From positions 1 through 64,000 of IMG/VR virus record IMGVR_UViG_3300020045_010841: a stretch of DNA of 64,000 bases; one strand, written 5' to 3'. The notes under the pieces are model-generated. The model was not told the origin of the DNA, did no database searches, and saw only the letters and a list, made by a program, of their open reading frames with translations. Position 1 is the first letter of the stretch, and each line of letters starts with the position of its first letter. The translations under genes were made by a program, and so were the position numbers. Shown piece by piece: positions 28,832 through 39,064 of the stretch. Source of the stretch: a virus.

Positions 28832-30780
28832 TATTTTAAATAATATATAAATACTTTTACTTTTGAAGTACCTTTAGGTACTTGAACTCTTTCTACCTGA
28901 TCTATTTTTCTAATAGTATTAGCTATTTGATCAACACCATAATAACCTAATTTATTAACTATAGCGTCTACTACTTGACCTTCTGTTATATTAGGATTAG
29001 CTTTTAAACAATTTATAATTGTAGTTTGGAGATTATTTCCTTTTTCAAATGGTTTTAATCTGTAATCAGGATTATACCTTCTAGATGGATTATTTATTTT
29101 TATTTCATCAATTCCTTCTTTATCATAAGTATCATCTTTAATATCTTGAGCAATTTCTTTTAATACTTGATTTACCCATCTCTTTTCTTGACTAGTCAAA
29201 GTTTCATTAATTGCATTTTCTATGAATTCTAAAAAATCATCATCTTCTAACTGATATATTTCAGCAAAGAAGTGTTCACGAATACGAGGGTCATTGTATT
29301 GTGAATCAGCAAATATATCATTTAATGCTTCATATATGTGTTGACCCAGACGTATATCCATAGGCTCGTTTGCTAGTGTATCTACTTTATTTACTACAGC
29401 TTGATTGGATTCTTTATCACCTTTAAAACCCTGTAATGAAACTAATTCATATAATCCTTTAATTATTTCATGGACTAACATAGGGAAATTAATTGCACGA
29501 GCTCGAATTGTTATACCGGAATCTTGTTGTTCGTTTATTTCTTCTTCATTTATAGGTTTTATCCAACCATTTTTTAAATAATGATCTTTACCAACACGCA
29601 TATTATTATTCTCTTTTGTTTTAAATAATAAACGTTTGTGATCTCCAGGTTGTATTTCTTTTTCAAATTCTAAGACTTCACCCTTAACATTATATTTTTT
29701 ACCTGGGATTAAATTTATTGGGTTATTTATTTTTACTTCATTTATAATCACCTTACTACTACCTCCAGCGGTCTTACCTCCTTGAGCTAGTTGTGATAAC
29801 ATTAAAACGATGGCGTTATCATCGTCATAGACACCAAATGAATTTTTCATTATTTCATTATACTTATCTATTAAAGATGGATCAATTGCGTCTAAATAAT
29901 CTTTAAATAAATAGAATGAGAATGCACCTTTTAATGCTGCACCTTGGGTAAGGCTATTTATTATTCGTCTTCTACCTTCGGGACTAATTCCTTCATCTAA
30001 TTGTATAGAATATTTATCAGCGTCTGAATTAGTTAGAAATAAAAATTTACTTTTATCTCCAAACATATTAACAGGATATGAACCTTTATATTCGTCCCAA
30101 TCAGGTTTGAAACCCTTTTTTTGTAATAATGAACTAACTGAGTTTAATTGTTCTAAATTATTAATATTAATCGGAAATGTTGTAGTAGTTTTTGGATTAT
30201 TTATTTTTACTTCATTTAAATGACCAGGTAATTGATAAAACTGGTATTTTCCGTCTATCATTTTAACCCTGCCCACTTCTTTACTTCTAGATTCTTTAGG
30301 ATCTAATAAATTAATCATTGCCCAAAAGTCATCAGGTGACATTCGAGGATTATAATTACCATCCTTAGTTAATTTCTCTATAGTTTTTTGTTTTGCAATT
30401 TCCATAGAACCTACTATTTCAATAGGTTCAGCATACGGATATGAACCATGATAGAAAGATAATAAATATTTTTGATTTGGTTTATTTACCTTTACTTCAT
30501 CCAATTCTCTCCCTACTTCACTCATTGGAACTATTCGTGCATCCAAAGTTATACCCTCATCTTCAATAATTGGATATAATTTTTCAACCATTTCTTTAGC
30601 TAATTCTTGGAGTTGGTCTTTATATGGTGCTTCTGCTTTTTCAATTTCACCTAACAAACGTTGGGATGAAATCATGGTTTGCATCAAAGATTTATCACCA
30701 AGCATTTTTTTAAGGTTTGCTTGACTTGACTTATTTAATTTAGCCAATGTTTCAGGGCGAAATATATCTTCGTATTTCAT
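28831..30780 (-). CDS. Putative head protein carrying four KVN/KIN modules
   Basis: Core segments RRIINSLTQGA and IRARAINFPMLVHEIIKGLYE; tags at ~30479, 30194, 29720, 29087. Confidence 0.75.
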   Translation of the reverse strand: MKYEDIFRPETLAKLNKSSQANLKKMLGDKSLMQTMISSQRLLGEIEKAEAPYKDQLQELAKEMVEKLYPIIEDEGITLDARIVPMSEVGRELDEVKVNKPNQKYLLSFYHGSYPYAEPIEIVGSMEIAKQKTIEKLTKDGNYNPRMSPDDFWAMINLLDPKESRSKEVGRVKMIDGKYQFYQLPGHLNEVKINNPKTTTTFPININNLEQLNSVSSLLQKKGFKPDWDEYKGSYPVNMFGDKSKFLFLTNSDADKYSIQLDEGISPEGRRRIINSLTQGAALKGAFSFYLFKDYLDAIDPSLIDKYNEIMKNSFGVYDDDNAIVLMLSQLAQGGKTAGGSSKVIINEVKINNPINLIPGKKYNVKGEVLEFEKEIQPGDHKRLLFKTKENNNMRVGKDHYLKNGWIKPINEEEINEQQDSGITIRARAINFPMLVHEIIKGLYELVSLQGFKGDKESNQAVVNKVDTLANEPMDIRLGQHIYEALNDIFADSQYNDPRIREHFFAEIYQLEDDDFLEFIENAINETLTSQEKRWVNQVLKEIAQDIKDDTYDKEGIDEIKINNPSRRYNPDYRLKPFEKGNNLQTTIINCLKANPNITEGQVVDAIVNKLGYYGVDQIANTIRKIDQVERVQVPKGTSKVKVFIYYLK

Positions 30781-31026
30781 TTATTTCAATTTTTGAAAAC
30801 GATCAGCTATCTTATTAGCAATATTTCTTTCTACTCCCTCAGCTTTTGGTTTTGTAGTTGGACTCTCCACAGGTGGGGTTAATGTTCGTCTTCTAGGTTT
30901 TGGAGGAGAGTCTACATCCGGTTTAACAATTGTTTCACGTTCAGGAGCTTGTCTTTGTGGTGCTACTTGTGGTCTATTTTCTAATATAGCCTCTTTAACT
31001 ATTTGTCTTAATTCAGATTTTTTCAT
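30781..31026 (-). CDS. Small Pro-rich protein with an MKKSELRQIVKE leader
   Basis: Intact ORF tightly packed with its neighbours. Confidence 0.7.
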   Translation of the reverse strand: MKKSELRQIVKEAILENRPQVAPQRQAPERETIVKPDVDSPPKPRRRTLTPPVESPTTKPKAEGVERNIANKIADRFQKLK

Positions 31027-31952
31027 GATTTTTTATTAATAAAGTAAATTCCTATATTTCTTTTTGTTTTAGGATTTTTAATTGTTCTTAATTCTATATC
31101 TTTATTATATTGTAATTCACCTAATAATTTTTGGAGATATTTTCCTCCTGAACTCATTGGGGTACTTCCTGGATGTAATATATCTAGTAATCCTTTATAT
31201 GCTAATCCAGGATTAGATTTAATTAGATTATATAACGTATCTTTTTGTTTAGAACCCTTTTCATAGTGTTTGGGATTATCAGTACTAACTATTCCTCCAA
31301 CAGGATTATTTATTTTTACTTCTCTTAAAAATTTATCGATACGATATTGTTTACCGTTTATTTTTAATGCTTCAAGTCCATCTATATTAATCATACGATA
31401 ACCTTTTGGTCCCATCCCTATTTTTAAATCATATACAGGTATTAATCCTTTATCTTTAGGACTATAAGGTAATTGTCCTCCCGATGTAAATTTTCGCACA
31501 CCCGTCATACCATTCATAACACGTCTTGTGCCATCTTTTTTAGTAAAAATAGCACCAAATATTTTACCTTTATATGATAATAATTCACGTGCGTCATTTT
31601 TAGATATAGTTATAATACCCTTATTTAAATCAGGTTCGTTTTGTCTTGGTGTAGGTGTTGTTTTAGGTTCAGATGTACTCGGGGTAGTACTTACTGTAGC
31701 TTCTGGTTCTTCTGGTTCAACTTCTGTCTCAGGTTCAGATTCTACCTCAGCTTCTGGTTCTAATTTTGGTTCAACTACAGGTACTTCTGGTTCAAGTATA
31801 GGTTCTTCCTCTTCATCCTGTTCTTTCAATAGTTTATCGTAATTACGAAGATGTAATTGTTCCGCAATTAAGCCCTTGATGTACCTCAAGTTTTTATTAT
31901 GGGAATCTTTAGATAATTCTAAAATTATGGATGCTAATTCACTTATTTTCAA
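31023..31952 (-). CDS. Protein with an acidic linker, a WYL-like Sm/SH3-fold domain and a KINNP-tagged wHTH-like module
   Basis: FTKKDGTRRVM...VYDL..KGYRMINID resembles the WYL_2/DUF2693 pattern; LREVKINNP tag. Confidence 0.65.
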   Translation of the reverse strand: MKISELASIILELSKDSHNKNLRYIKGLIAEQLHLRNYDKLLKEQDEEEEPILEPEVPVVEPKLEPEAEVESEPETEVEPEEPEATVSTTPSTSEPKTTPTPRQNEPDLNKGIITISKNDARELLSYKGKIFGAIFTKKDGTRRVMNGMTGVRKFTSGGQLPYSPKDKGLIPVYDLKIGMGPKGYRMINIDGLEALKINGKQYRIDKFLREVKINNPVGGIVSTDNPKHYEKGSKQKDTLYNLIKSNPGLAYKGLLDILHPGSTPMSSGGKYLQKLLGELQYNKDIELRTIKNPKTKRNIGIYFINKKS

Positions 31953-33251
31953 TTATGATAGTTTTAAAAATACTGATGATTCATCTAATTCACTACTTGC
32001 ATAGTTTATTAGTTGAGTTATTATTTGATCTTGAATATCTTTTGGTTGGTGTTCTATTTTTGCTATTAGTTGTAATCCAAGCAATTTGGATACTTTCCAA
32101 TCAATATTCTTTTCCAATATAAATATATCAAATTCTTCTCTAGGTAATATATCTATTTTAGTTGTAAATAATAACATTAAGGCACTTAATGCAACATAAG
32201 GATGTTCTTCCCATAATAATTTAATATCTTTGGTTGGTTTCAGTTCTATATCATATTTTTTTAATATTCCATTTATAGCACCAAATCCAATTTTACCATG
32301 ATTTGCTGTTTTACCTAATATTTCACCCGCCCAATTAGTACCAAAATTAAATGTACGAAAACATATTTTACCTCCATCATATAAAAGTGACACATCTTTA
32401 CTTTTAGATGTTGTTTTATATCCTAAATATTCATATTGTTTTTTCTTTTCTTTATCCATATTTTTCACTTCCAATTTAACTTCTTTTCCCAACTTCTTTA
32501 ATGATACACCTATTAAATCTTGTTTTACAAACATATCTTTAACTTGTATATTTAATTCATGTAAACTAGCGCTAAATCTAGTATTTAAAGCACAATCTTT
32601 TACAAACCATATATCCCCAGGATTCCATTTATCCGATTGAAAATTCGCGTTAGTATTTTTATAAGTATTATATAAATCGTTTATTAATGGGGAGTCTCTG
32701 TGGTGAGTATAATCACTCGAACTTACATAAGAATATAATATATTCGAACTAGTTAAAAAAGATTGTTGCCATGAAGGTGTTTTAGAAAATTCATATACTT
32801 CTTCTAATGGGGTAGTTGTTTGAACGTATTGATATGATTCGGATATAGAAGAATAAGTTACGTCTATCTGGTCTATTTCTTTCTTTTTTACATTTTTAGA
32901 TAAAGCATTAAATACACATTGTGTGCTTTCTTGTAATGCAGTATTTTTAGAACCTGCCCCTTGTCCTCCTCCAACACCAAATTCTTTTGTTTTGAGGAAA
33001 TTGGATAGTGATAGAGTATCATTAAATAGTTTTTTACTACCACCTAATTCACCATATTGTTTTGATTGGAGATATTTAATGCCGAGAGAAAGTTTGTCTA
33101 TAATAACAGAAGAACCATCTGTTAATTCAAATGGTTCTTGTTTCATTATTTTATCTAAAAATCTTTCACCTCGGTCTTGATATAAACCATAAAATTCGTG
33201 ATTGGAATGGTAAGGTTTTTCTAATTGGGGAGGAGATAAAGATATACTCAT
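31953..33251 (-). CDS. Hypothetical protein, possible PD-(D/E)xK nuclease fold
   Basis: KTKEFG, TALQES, DKWNPGDIW and LIGVSLKK motifs. Confidence 0.5.
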   Translation of the reverse strand: MSISLSPPQLEKPYHSNHEFYGLYQDRGERFLDKIMKQEPFELTDGSSVIIDKLSLGIKYLQSKQYGELGGSKKLFNDTLSLSNFLKTKEFGVGGGQGAGSKNTALQESTQCVFNALSKNVKKKEIDQIDVTYSSISESYQYVQTTTPLEEVYEFSKTPSWQQSFLTSSNILYSYVSSSDYTHHRDSPLINDLYNTYKNTNANFQSDKWNPGDIWFVKDCALNTRFSASLHELNIQVKDMFVKQDLIGVSLKKLGKEVKLEVKNMDKEKKKQYEYLGYKTTSKSKDVSLLYDGGKICFRTFNFGTNWAGEILGKTANHGKIGFGAINGILKKYDIELKPTKDIKLLWEEHPYVALSALMLLFTTKIDILPREEFDIFILEKNIDWKVSKLLGLQLIAKIEHQPKDIQDQIITQLINYASSELDESSVFLKLS

Positions 33252-34447
33252 TATCTTACTATTCTAAATTTTTTTACTTTTGGTTCTTCAACTTCTTTTA
33301 ATTCTTCTTCAGGTTTTTCTGGTTCCATAGTTGTTCCTTGTTCACCACCAACTTCTGGTTCTGATGTAAGATCAGAAACAAATTCATCCTTCATATCCTT
33401 TTCATTAGTAAGTTCTGATTCTGGTCCTTGTGAACCAGGAGGCATACCCATTAATAATAATTTTGATATTGCTTTTACTGCATATTCTTCATCTTTTATA
33501 TTAGACAAATAATATTGTTTACCAGCAATTTTTGCTATATAAGATTTTGGATTATAAATCATATAAAATGATTGCCCATTATGTAATAATACTTTAAATG
33601 TAGTAGGTTTTGGGGACATTACATATATACCAGTGATATAATCTCTAAATACAGGAGACATTAAATCGATTAATGCTTCGTTTAATGAAGGATATTTATT
33701 TATTATATATTCTAATGGATCTTCTTCAAATGTAGCTACTTCATCTTTTTGATTTTGTATAACATTATCGAGTTCTTCCTTTAATATTTGTTCTATATTC
33801 ATTTCTTGTAAATTATTTATTGAAGGTTTTACTTCTTTTTCAACTTCTTCAGGATAAACTAACCTAACATCAACAGTATCATCTTGTGAAAAATAATGAA
33901 TTGGAGTTGGTTCACCATTAGTTGTGAATTTATCTAAGTATTTTTTATAAGTATATCCTTTCTTATATTTTTTAGAATTATCATCCCAAATATCATACTT
34001 TTTTCCAATAATTAAGGTTGATGGTTTATTTATTTTAATTTCATTAATTGGTTTACCATTAATTTTAATAAGATCATCAAAATCCCTATTTATACTTTTT
34101 AATATATTAAAATCTATATTATTTAAAAAATCATTAACAGTACCGGGGAAATTATAAAAATTATATTTATTCAATATTTTAAATAAATTTACCTTTTCAT
34201 CTAATAAGTAATATTTCTTAATAACAGTATCAGGAGTAATAATAGGATTATTTACTTTAATTTCAAGCAATTTACCATTTATACTGATTATATTCTTGTA
34301 ATCCCTTCTATTATTGCCTATCCCAGCTTTATTAAAAAACAAGCCTTGAGTTGGATTTAACGGTTTTTCAAAACACATTACAGTATTATCTCTAAATCTA
34401 ATTTGGTCTCCTTTAGTAAGTTTTGATTTGATTTCTTGTGGAGTCAT
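33251..34447 (-). CDS. Putative head protein with two KVN/KIN modules
   Basis: LLEIKVNNP and INEIKINKP tags, followed by a PKPTTFKVLLHNGQ domain. Confidence 0.7.
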   Translation of the reverse strand: MTPQEIKSKLTKGDQIRFRDNTVMCFEKPLNPTQGLFFNKAGIGNNRRDYKNIISINGKLLEIKVNNPIITPDTVIKKYYLLDEKVNLFKILNKYNFYNFPGTVNDFLNNIDFNILKSINRDFDDLIKINGKPINEIKINKPSTLIIGKKYDIWDDNSKKYKKGYTYKKYLDKFTTNGEPTPIHYFSQDDTVDVRLVYPEEVEKEVKPSINNLQEMNIEQILKEELDNVIQNQKDEVATFEEDPLEYIINKYPSLNEALIDLMSPVFRDYITGIYVMSPKPTTFKVLLHNGQSFYMIYNPKSYIAKIAGKQYYLSNIKDEEYAVKAISKLLLMGMPPGSQGPESELTNEKDMKDEFVSDLTSEPEVGGEQGTTMEPEKPEEELKEVEEPKVKKFRIVR

Positions 34448-34689
34448 TAATATTGAGGTTTTTCACCGCGTAAAATTCGTGCTACGTTTTCAGGATCAGC
34501 TTTATCTAATATTTTATTACCACGAGATATTTGATCGTCAGGATGTTCTCCTTTAGCTATTTTAAGTAAAATATTATTTAATGTTTTTGTAGTTAAACCT
34601 TGTGTTTTACCTGTTGGAGAATATTTACTATAACCTGTTTCTTCAGATAATACCTCTTTAATTATGTCTTTTAATCTTGATTTTTTCAT
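34447..34689 (-). CDS. Small protein with an MKKSRLKDIIKE leader
   Basis: Intact ORF preceded by TATTTATG at 34704-34711. Confidence 0.7.
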   Translation of the reverse strand: MKKSRLKDIIKEVLSEETGYSKYSPTGKTQGLTTKTLNNILLKIAKGEHPDDQISRGNKILDKADPENVARILRGEKPQY

Positions 34690-34713
34690 ATGTAATTATA
34701 TTACATAAATATA

Positions 34714-35427
34714 TTATAAAAATGTAATTTGATTAGTTTCTTTATCCCAATCAAATGTCATAGGTTTATTAGTATATTTATATTGCTCATTTAATACTGA
34801 TGCATTAAAATAGTGAGTATCTCCATCAAAGTGATATCCATACCCTGAATGTATATGACCGCAGATATGAATTTTAGGTTTAATTAATTTAATTCGTTCT
34901 GCTAATAATTCACATCCTAAATGTTCTGTTCTTCTCCATTCGCAAGTATCTAATATACCAAATGCAGGACCATGTGTTATTAATATGTCTGTATTTTCAG
35001 GAATCGCTTCCCATTTTGTACTTAATCCCGGTCCATTTTTAGGTAAATTAAATGCCCAGCTCATAAACTCGGGTTGCCAAGGGCTACCATATATTCGAAT
35101 ATTATTTTCAGGTATATCTCCATTTGGTCCATCACCATATAAAACTAACTCTTCATCTTGTAAATAATTAATAAATGGGAATTTATCAATATATCCTTTT
35201 ACTTCTTCAGGGAAATTTTCAAACATTCTGTCGTGATTGCCTGCTATAAATACTTTATCTTCATAATTATCTAAACTATTAAACCAACCACAAAAATTAG
35301 TTATATCGTTTCTATTATAACCACTATTCATAAGATCTCCGGCAAATAAAAGAAGTTCTCCACCGGGCAAATCTTTTGTTACTTGTTCATGTAAAGTATG
35401 AGTATCAGAAAAAACTGTTATTACCAT
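34714..35427 (-). CDS. Calcineurin-like metallophosphoesterase
   Basis: SDTH, AGD, AGNHD, THGP and GHIH motifs. Confidence 0.93.
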   Translation of the reverse strand: MVITVFSDTHTLHEQVTKDLPGGELLLFAGDLMNSGYNRNDITNFCGWFNSLDNYEDKVFIAGNHDRMFENFPEEVKGYIDKFPFINYLQDEELVLYGDGPNGDIPENNIRIYGSPWQPEFMSWAFNLPKNGPGLSTKWEAIPENTDILITHGPAFGILDTCEWRRTEHLGCELLAERIKLIKPKIHICGHIHSGYGYHFDGDTHYFNASVLNEQYKYTNKPMTFDWDKETNQITFL

Positions 35428-35717
35428 TATATATTTTTTATTATGCGATTAATTTCATTTTCTATCAACCAATTTAATTGTGATGATTGCAAACTTGAAT
35501 AAAATCTAGATGCACCAAATTTCATTTTAATTTGAGAATAGGTAAAGTTAGGTATTAATATTAAATCTTTAAATATACTGTCTAAGAATTCTGTTACTTC
35601 AGGTATATCAAATTCTAAACCACCAAAATATTGTTTTTTAGTCTCTCCATCTTTACCAACATATTCTCTACACTCAATATATTCTTTATACTTTTCGTTA
35701 AATTCTTGTGCTGTCAT
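35427..35717 (-). CDS. Hypothetical protein
   Basis: Coupled ORF with a QIKMKFGASRFY motif. Confidence 0.7.
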   Translation of the reverse strand: MTAQEFNEKYKEYIECREYVGKDGETKKQYFGGLEFDIPEVTEFLDSIFKDLILIPNFTYSQIKMKFGASRFYSSLQSSQLNWLIENEINRIIKNI

Positions 35718-35926
35718 AATTTTTTAATTTCTTTTTCTACATTATCATAATAATCGCATAAATCATAATATCCTTCAGTATAATAACCAACTACTTTTCT
35801 AATTTCATTAACACAAATTAACGCACTTTGACGTGCGTCTTCTTTTGTATTATGATCTGATAAATGTGATAATGTTTCGTTATAGAAACGATCAAATATG
35901 CGTTGTGCTTCTAATTTATAATCCAT
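35714..35926 (-). CDS. Hypothetical protein
   Basis: Coupled ORF; ARQSALICVNEI...YYDNVEKEIKKL. Confidence 0.7.
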   Translation of the reverse strand: MDYKLEAQRIFDRFYNETLSHLSDHNTKEDARQSALICVNEIRKVVGYYTEGYYDLCDYYDNVEKEIKKL

Positions 35927-37131
35927 TATTTCTTACTATCATATAAATTGTTCATGTACTTTCCTGAGAATTTGGAATCTTGCGTACGTAATACAATTCC
36001 TTCCACCATATTTTCTTTAAAATATCCTTCACATTCCTCTTCAATTTCTTGTCTTGAATTGAATTCTTTATTAAATATTTCTTTTACCATAGGAAATTCC
36101 ATAGCTTCGCAAACATATTTTAATAATTTATATGGACATTTTTCGGCAATGCCTTGACTGTTAATACTATCTGCTCCAAAGAATTTAATATTTGGTTTTT
36201 CTTTACTAGCTGGGTTATGTTTATTACCTGATCCTTTCAAATTACCACCATTTAATTCTCCTCTTAAAACCACATTAGTATATTCTCTTTGCAATTCATT
36301 TAAATATGGCTTACCATAAACAATAAAGTCAGAATCATTTTCTACTAAATTATATAAATTTAAATCAGGTTTAGTCCAAAATAATAATTTTTCTAATAGT
36401 GTTTTAGTACGTCTTCCAACATGTTTTTTAACCAAAAGATCTAATTGTTGATTACGAGAACAAATAAAACCTTTTCCATTCTTAATACCAATAGTAATAC
36501 TTGATCCATCTACTTTTTCAGTACCGACTAAAGTAATTGGATAACCAATTTTATTTTCAATATGACCCCAAAGATTATTAATATTGGTTTCATCTGTTTT
36601 ATATAGCCCTTCAGGGAATACTCGTGAACCACCTACTTTATTACCCGCTTTATCTTTAACTTCAGGTTCTTCCCATTTTGTAATACCAAGTAATTCTGTT
36701 AAATCTAATTGATAAAAATGAATAAGTAAATTATCATCTGTATAATCATTTTTCCAAATATAATCAGCTACGTCTTTTCTTGGTAATAAAATTCCATTAC
36801 TATAAACAGGATCAATGCTTCCCTCACGTGAAAAATTGAATTTTTTAGCTCTAATACGTAATGGTACTCCCTCAACTTTACCTAACATACTTTTAGTTAC
36901 ATCCCCGTTTGGACGTAAAAAAGATTCGAATAAAGGAATATCCGAAAGGTTAAAGTCCGGTTGAATATAAACTGCTTTATCCCCTACTTGATATAAATCT
37001 TTGCCAGATACAAGGGTAAACCCGTTTTCTTCAAGTTCAATTAATTCAATTCGTTCTGCTGCTTCTCCATTTTTAAATAATGGACTTTTTTGTTTAATTG
37101 TAACGATGCTTACTGCTTGTTGTTGTTCCAT
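35926..37131 (-). CDS. ATP-dependent RNA ligase, DRB0094/Rnl2-like
   Basis: TEKVDGSS motif I, CSRN, RGELNG, EGIVLR motif IV; N-terminal AERIEL..YQVGDKAVYIQPD domain. Confidence 0.88.
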   Translation of the reverse strand: MEQQQAVSIVTIKQKSPLFKNGEAAERIELIELEENGFTLVSGKDLYQVGDKAVYIQPDFNLSDIPLFESFLRPNGDVTKSMLGKVEGVPLRIRAKKFNFSREGSIDPVYSNGILLPRKDVADYIWKNDYTDDNLLIHFYQLDLTELLGITKWEEPEVKDKAGNKVGGSRVFPEGLYKTDETNINNLWGHIENKIGYPITLVGTEKVDGSSITIGIKNGKGFICSRNQQLDLLVKKHVGRRTKTLLEKLLFWTKPDLNLYNLVENDSDFIVYGKPYLNELQREYTNVVLRGELNGGNLKGSGNKHNPASKEKPNIKFFGADSINSQGIAEKCPYKLLKYVCEAMEFPMVKEIFNKEFNSRQEIEEECEGYFKENMVEGIVLRTQDSKFSGKYMNNLYDSKK

Positions 37132-37140
37132 AATCTTAAT

Positions 37141-37311
37141 TTAGTCTTTTAATATTTGTTTTTCGTTTTGTTTAATTACAGCTTGGTAATGATGTCTACC
37201 ATCACTATAAGGACTACCCCATAGAACATAGCCTTGTCTATTTTTTAAAAATTCTTGTACTTCATCGGTAAGACTAATACTACTATAACTTTCTAATATA
37301 ATATAATCCAT
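37141..37311 (-). CDS. Small DUF1737-like protein (56 aa)
   Basis: Hand translation MDYIILESYSSISLTDEVQEFLKNRQGYVLWGSPYSDGRHHYQAVIKQNEKQILKD; directly follows a promoter-like element. Confidence 0.65.
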   Translation of the reverse strand: MDYIILESYSSISLTDEVQEFLKNRQGYVLWGSPYSDGRHHYQAVIKQNEKQILKD

Positions 37312-37332
37312 ATTTTTATTTTAATTTCAATG

Positions 37333-37362
37333 TGAATATACGAAGGCTCCTTAAAGGAGCCT
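37333..37362 (-). promoter_or_regulatory. Hairpin fused to a CGTATATTCA promoter-like element
   Basis: Minus strand AGGCTCCT-TTA-AGGAGCCT-TCGTATATTCAC. Confidence 0.62.
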
Positions 37363-37389
37363 CACGATTTAATATAAGAGTTTATTATC

Positions 37390-38484
37390 CTATTTAATAC
37401 GGAATTTTATTTCATTAGTTACTTCAGGAGAGGATGTTATTTCTCCATTTGGTTTAGTCCAAAACTCTTTAACACCGGGAATTTGTCTGATTTTTGATTT
37501 TATTCCGTCTTTAATTTCTTGTTCACTAAGTTCTTTAAATGGGAATGGATCTATTTTAATATATAACTTAGATTTTCTTGTATCTTGGGGTATATCTTCT
37601 GTTCTAACAACAGTTATACCAATTATACTTCTTATATCAGATAATATATCAGACAATAATTCATGTTCTTTAGTAACTAATAAACCATCTAATTTAATTA
37701 TTTGGTCTGGTTTTGATTCTTGGAGTTTTTTAGTATTTTTGCTTCCTGAATATTTATAATTATTAGCTTTTAACCATTTATCTCCATTTTCTTTTTTATT
37801 CTGTTTTAAATAATTCTCATATTCTATATCAATAAATCTTTGTTGTTTTCCTTTTAATAAATCGATAATTGATGATTTATTAATAATGTTTTTCAATTTT
37901 TCTCCTGTTTCTTTTGTTATAGGTCCATATTTATCTTGCATATAATCATCTATTACTTTGGATAAATTTTCTTTATTAAAATCATCAGGACCAAATTCCC
38001 AACAAGTTCCAGCATAATATGCTATTTCTTGGGCAAAATCTTTTATTGTTTTTAAATCTTTTATTTTAGAAAAACCAAAATATCCTGTTTTAATAACTAA
38101 AGGATCTTTTTTTATAAAACTAATAAAATTAGGTTCATTATTTAAAAATATTTCTACTTGAGGAGGTAAAAAACATTCTTTTAATAAATTATGAATTGAT
38201 TCTTGGAGTGGAGTTTCTGGTTTAGGAGTTACATCATATTTACCATAGAAATCATTATTTTCACTCTCGGTATTATCTTTAGTTAAATCATTGAAATCAT
38301 AAGAAGTAGTAATACCAGTTTTATCTAATTTAACGGCATAAAAAGGATGTTTAGAAAGAGTAACTATTCCTTCGTCTCCTGTTTCTACTACAATAACTTT
38401 ATCCCCTTCTTGGAATTTCGTATCTTCTTCCAACAAGCGAACAATATTTTCTCTAATAAATATCCTTAATTCAGATTTATTCAT
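37390..38484 (-). CDS. Multi-domain putative head protein
   Basis: MNKSELRIFIRE leader; KOW/SH3-like KFQEGDKVIV segment; LQE|S boundaries; C-terminal ILSDIRSIIGITVV domain. Confidence 0.6.
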   Translation of the reverse strand: MNKSELRIFIRENIVRLLEEDTKFQEGDKVIVVETGDEGIVTLSKHPFYAVKLDKTGITTSYDFNDLTKDNTESENNDFYGKYDVTPKPETPLQESIHNLLKECFLPPQVEIFLNNEPNFISFIKKDPLVIKTGYFGFSKIKDLKTIKDFAQEIAYYAGTCWEFGPDDFNKENLSKVIDDYMQDKYGPITKETGEKLKNIINKSSIIDLLKGKQQRFIDIEYENYLKQNKKENGDKWLKANNYKYSGSKNTKKLQESKPDQIIKLDGLLVTKEHELLSDILSDIRSIIGITVVRTEDIPQDTRKSKLYIKIDPFPFKELSEQEIKDGIKSKIRQIPGVKEFWTKPNGEITSSPEVTNEIKFRIK

Positions 38485-39040
38485 CCTCTTTAATTTCTTT
38501 ATCTTTTGGTGTTTTTTCTTTAGCTAATGATGCTTCTAATCTAGTTTTAAGATCTTCGAGTTTAGATAATTTAGAATATAAAGGATTTATATCAGACGCT
38601 ACTGAATCTCTATTTCCTGGATTGTCCATTCCTTGTTGGGTTTTGGCTTGAATGTCTGCTTTTATATCAGCCATCTTAGCATCAAGGTCCTTTAATTGTT
38701 GAGTACCGGTTTTAATATCTTCTTTTAATTCACCATCTCTTTGTTTGATTAGTTTACGAGAAGCAGATCTAGCTTTACCTTCACTTTTATATAAACCGGT
38801 GATATTTTCTTTAGTTAAACCTTGAGAAATCATTTCGGCTAAACCGAATACATCGGTTTCTTGAATAATACTATCTTCACTAGATTCTTTAATCGCTTTT
38901 TTTACAATCCAGAAATTACCAATTTGATCTTCTAAATTATATTCAGTTTCAGGTTGTGAATCTAACATTTCTAAATTTTCTTTTATTAATTTAGTTTTCA
39001 ATTCTTTTTTTATTAAACCTATTAATTTCTTTTTTTCCAT
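38477..39040 (-). CDS. Hypothetical coiled-coil protein
   Basis: Intact ORF preceded by TATTTATA at 39057-39064. Confidence 0.65.
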   Translation of the reverse strand: MEKKKLIGLIKKELKTKLIKENLEMLDSQPETEYNLEDQIGNFWIVKKAIKESSEDSIIQETDVFGLAEMISQGLTKENITGLYKSEGKARSASRKLIKQRDGELKEDIKTGTQQLKDLDAKMADIKADIQAKTQQGMDNPGNRDSVASDINPLYSKLSKLEDLKTRLEASLAKEKTPKDKEIKEDE

Positions 39041-39064
39041 TTTATTAATTATATAATATAAATA

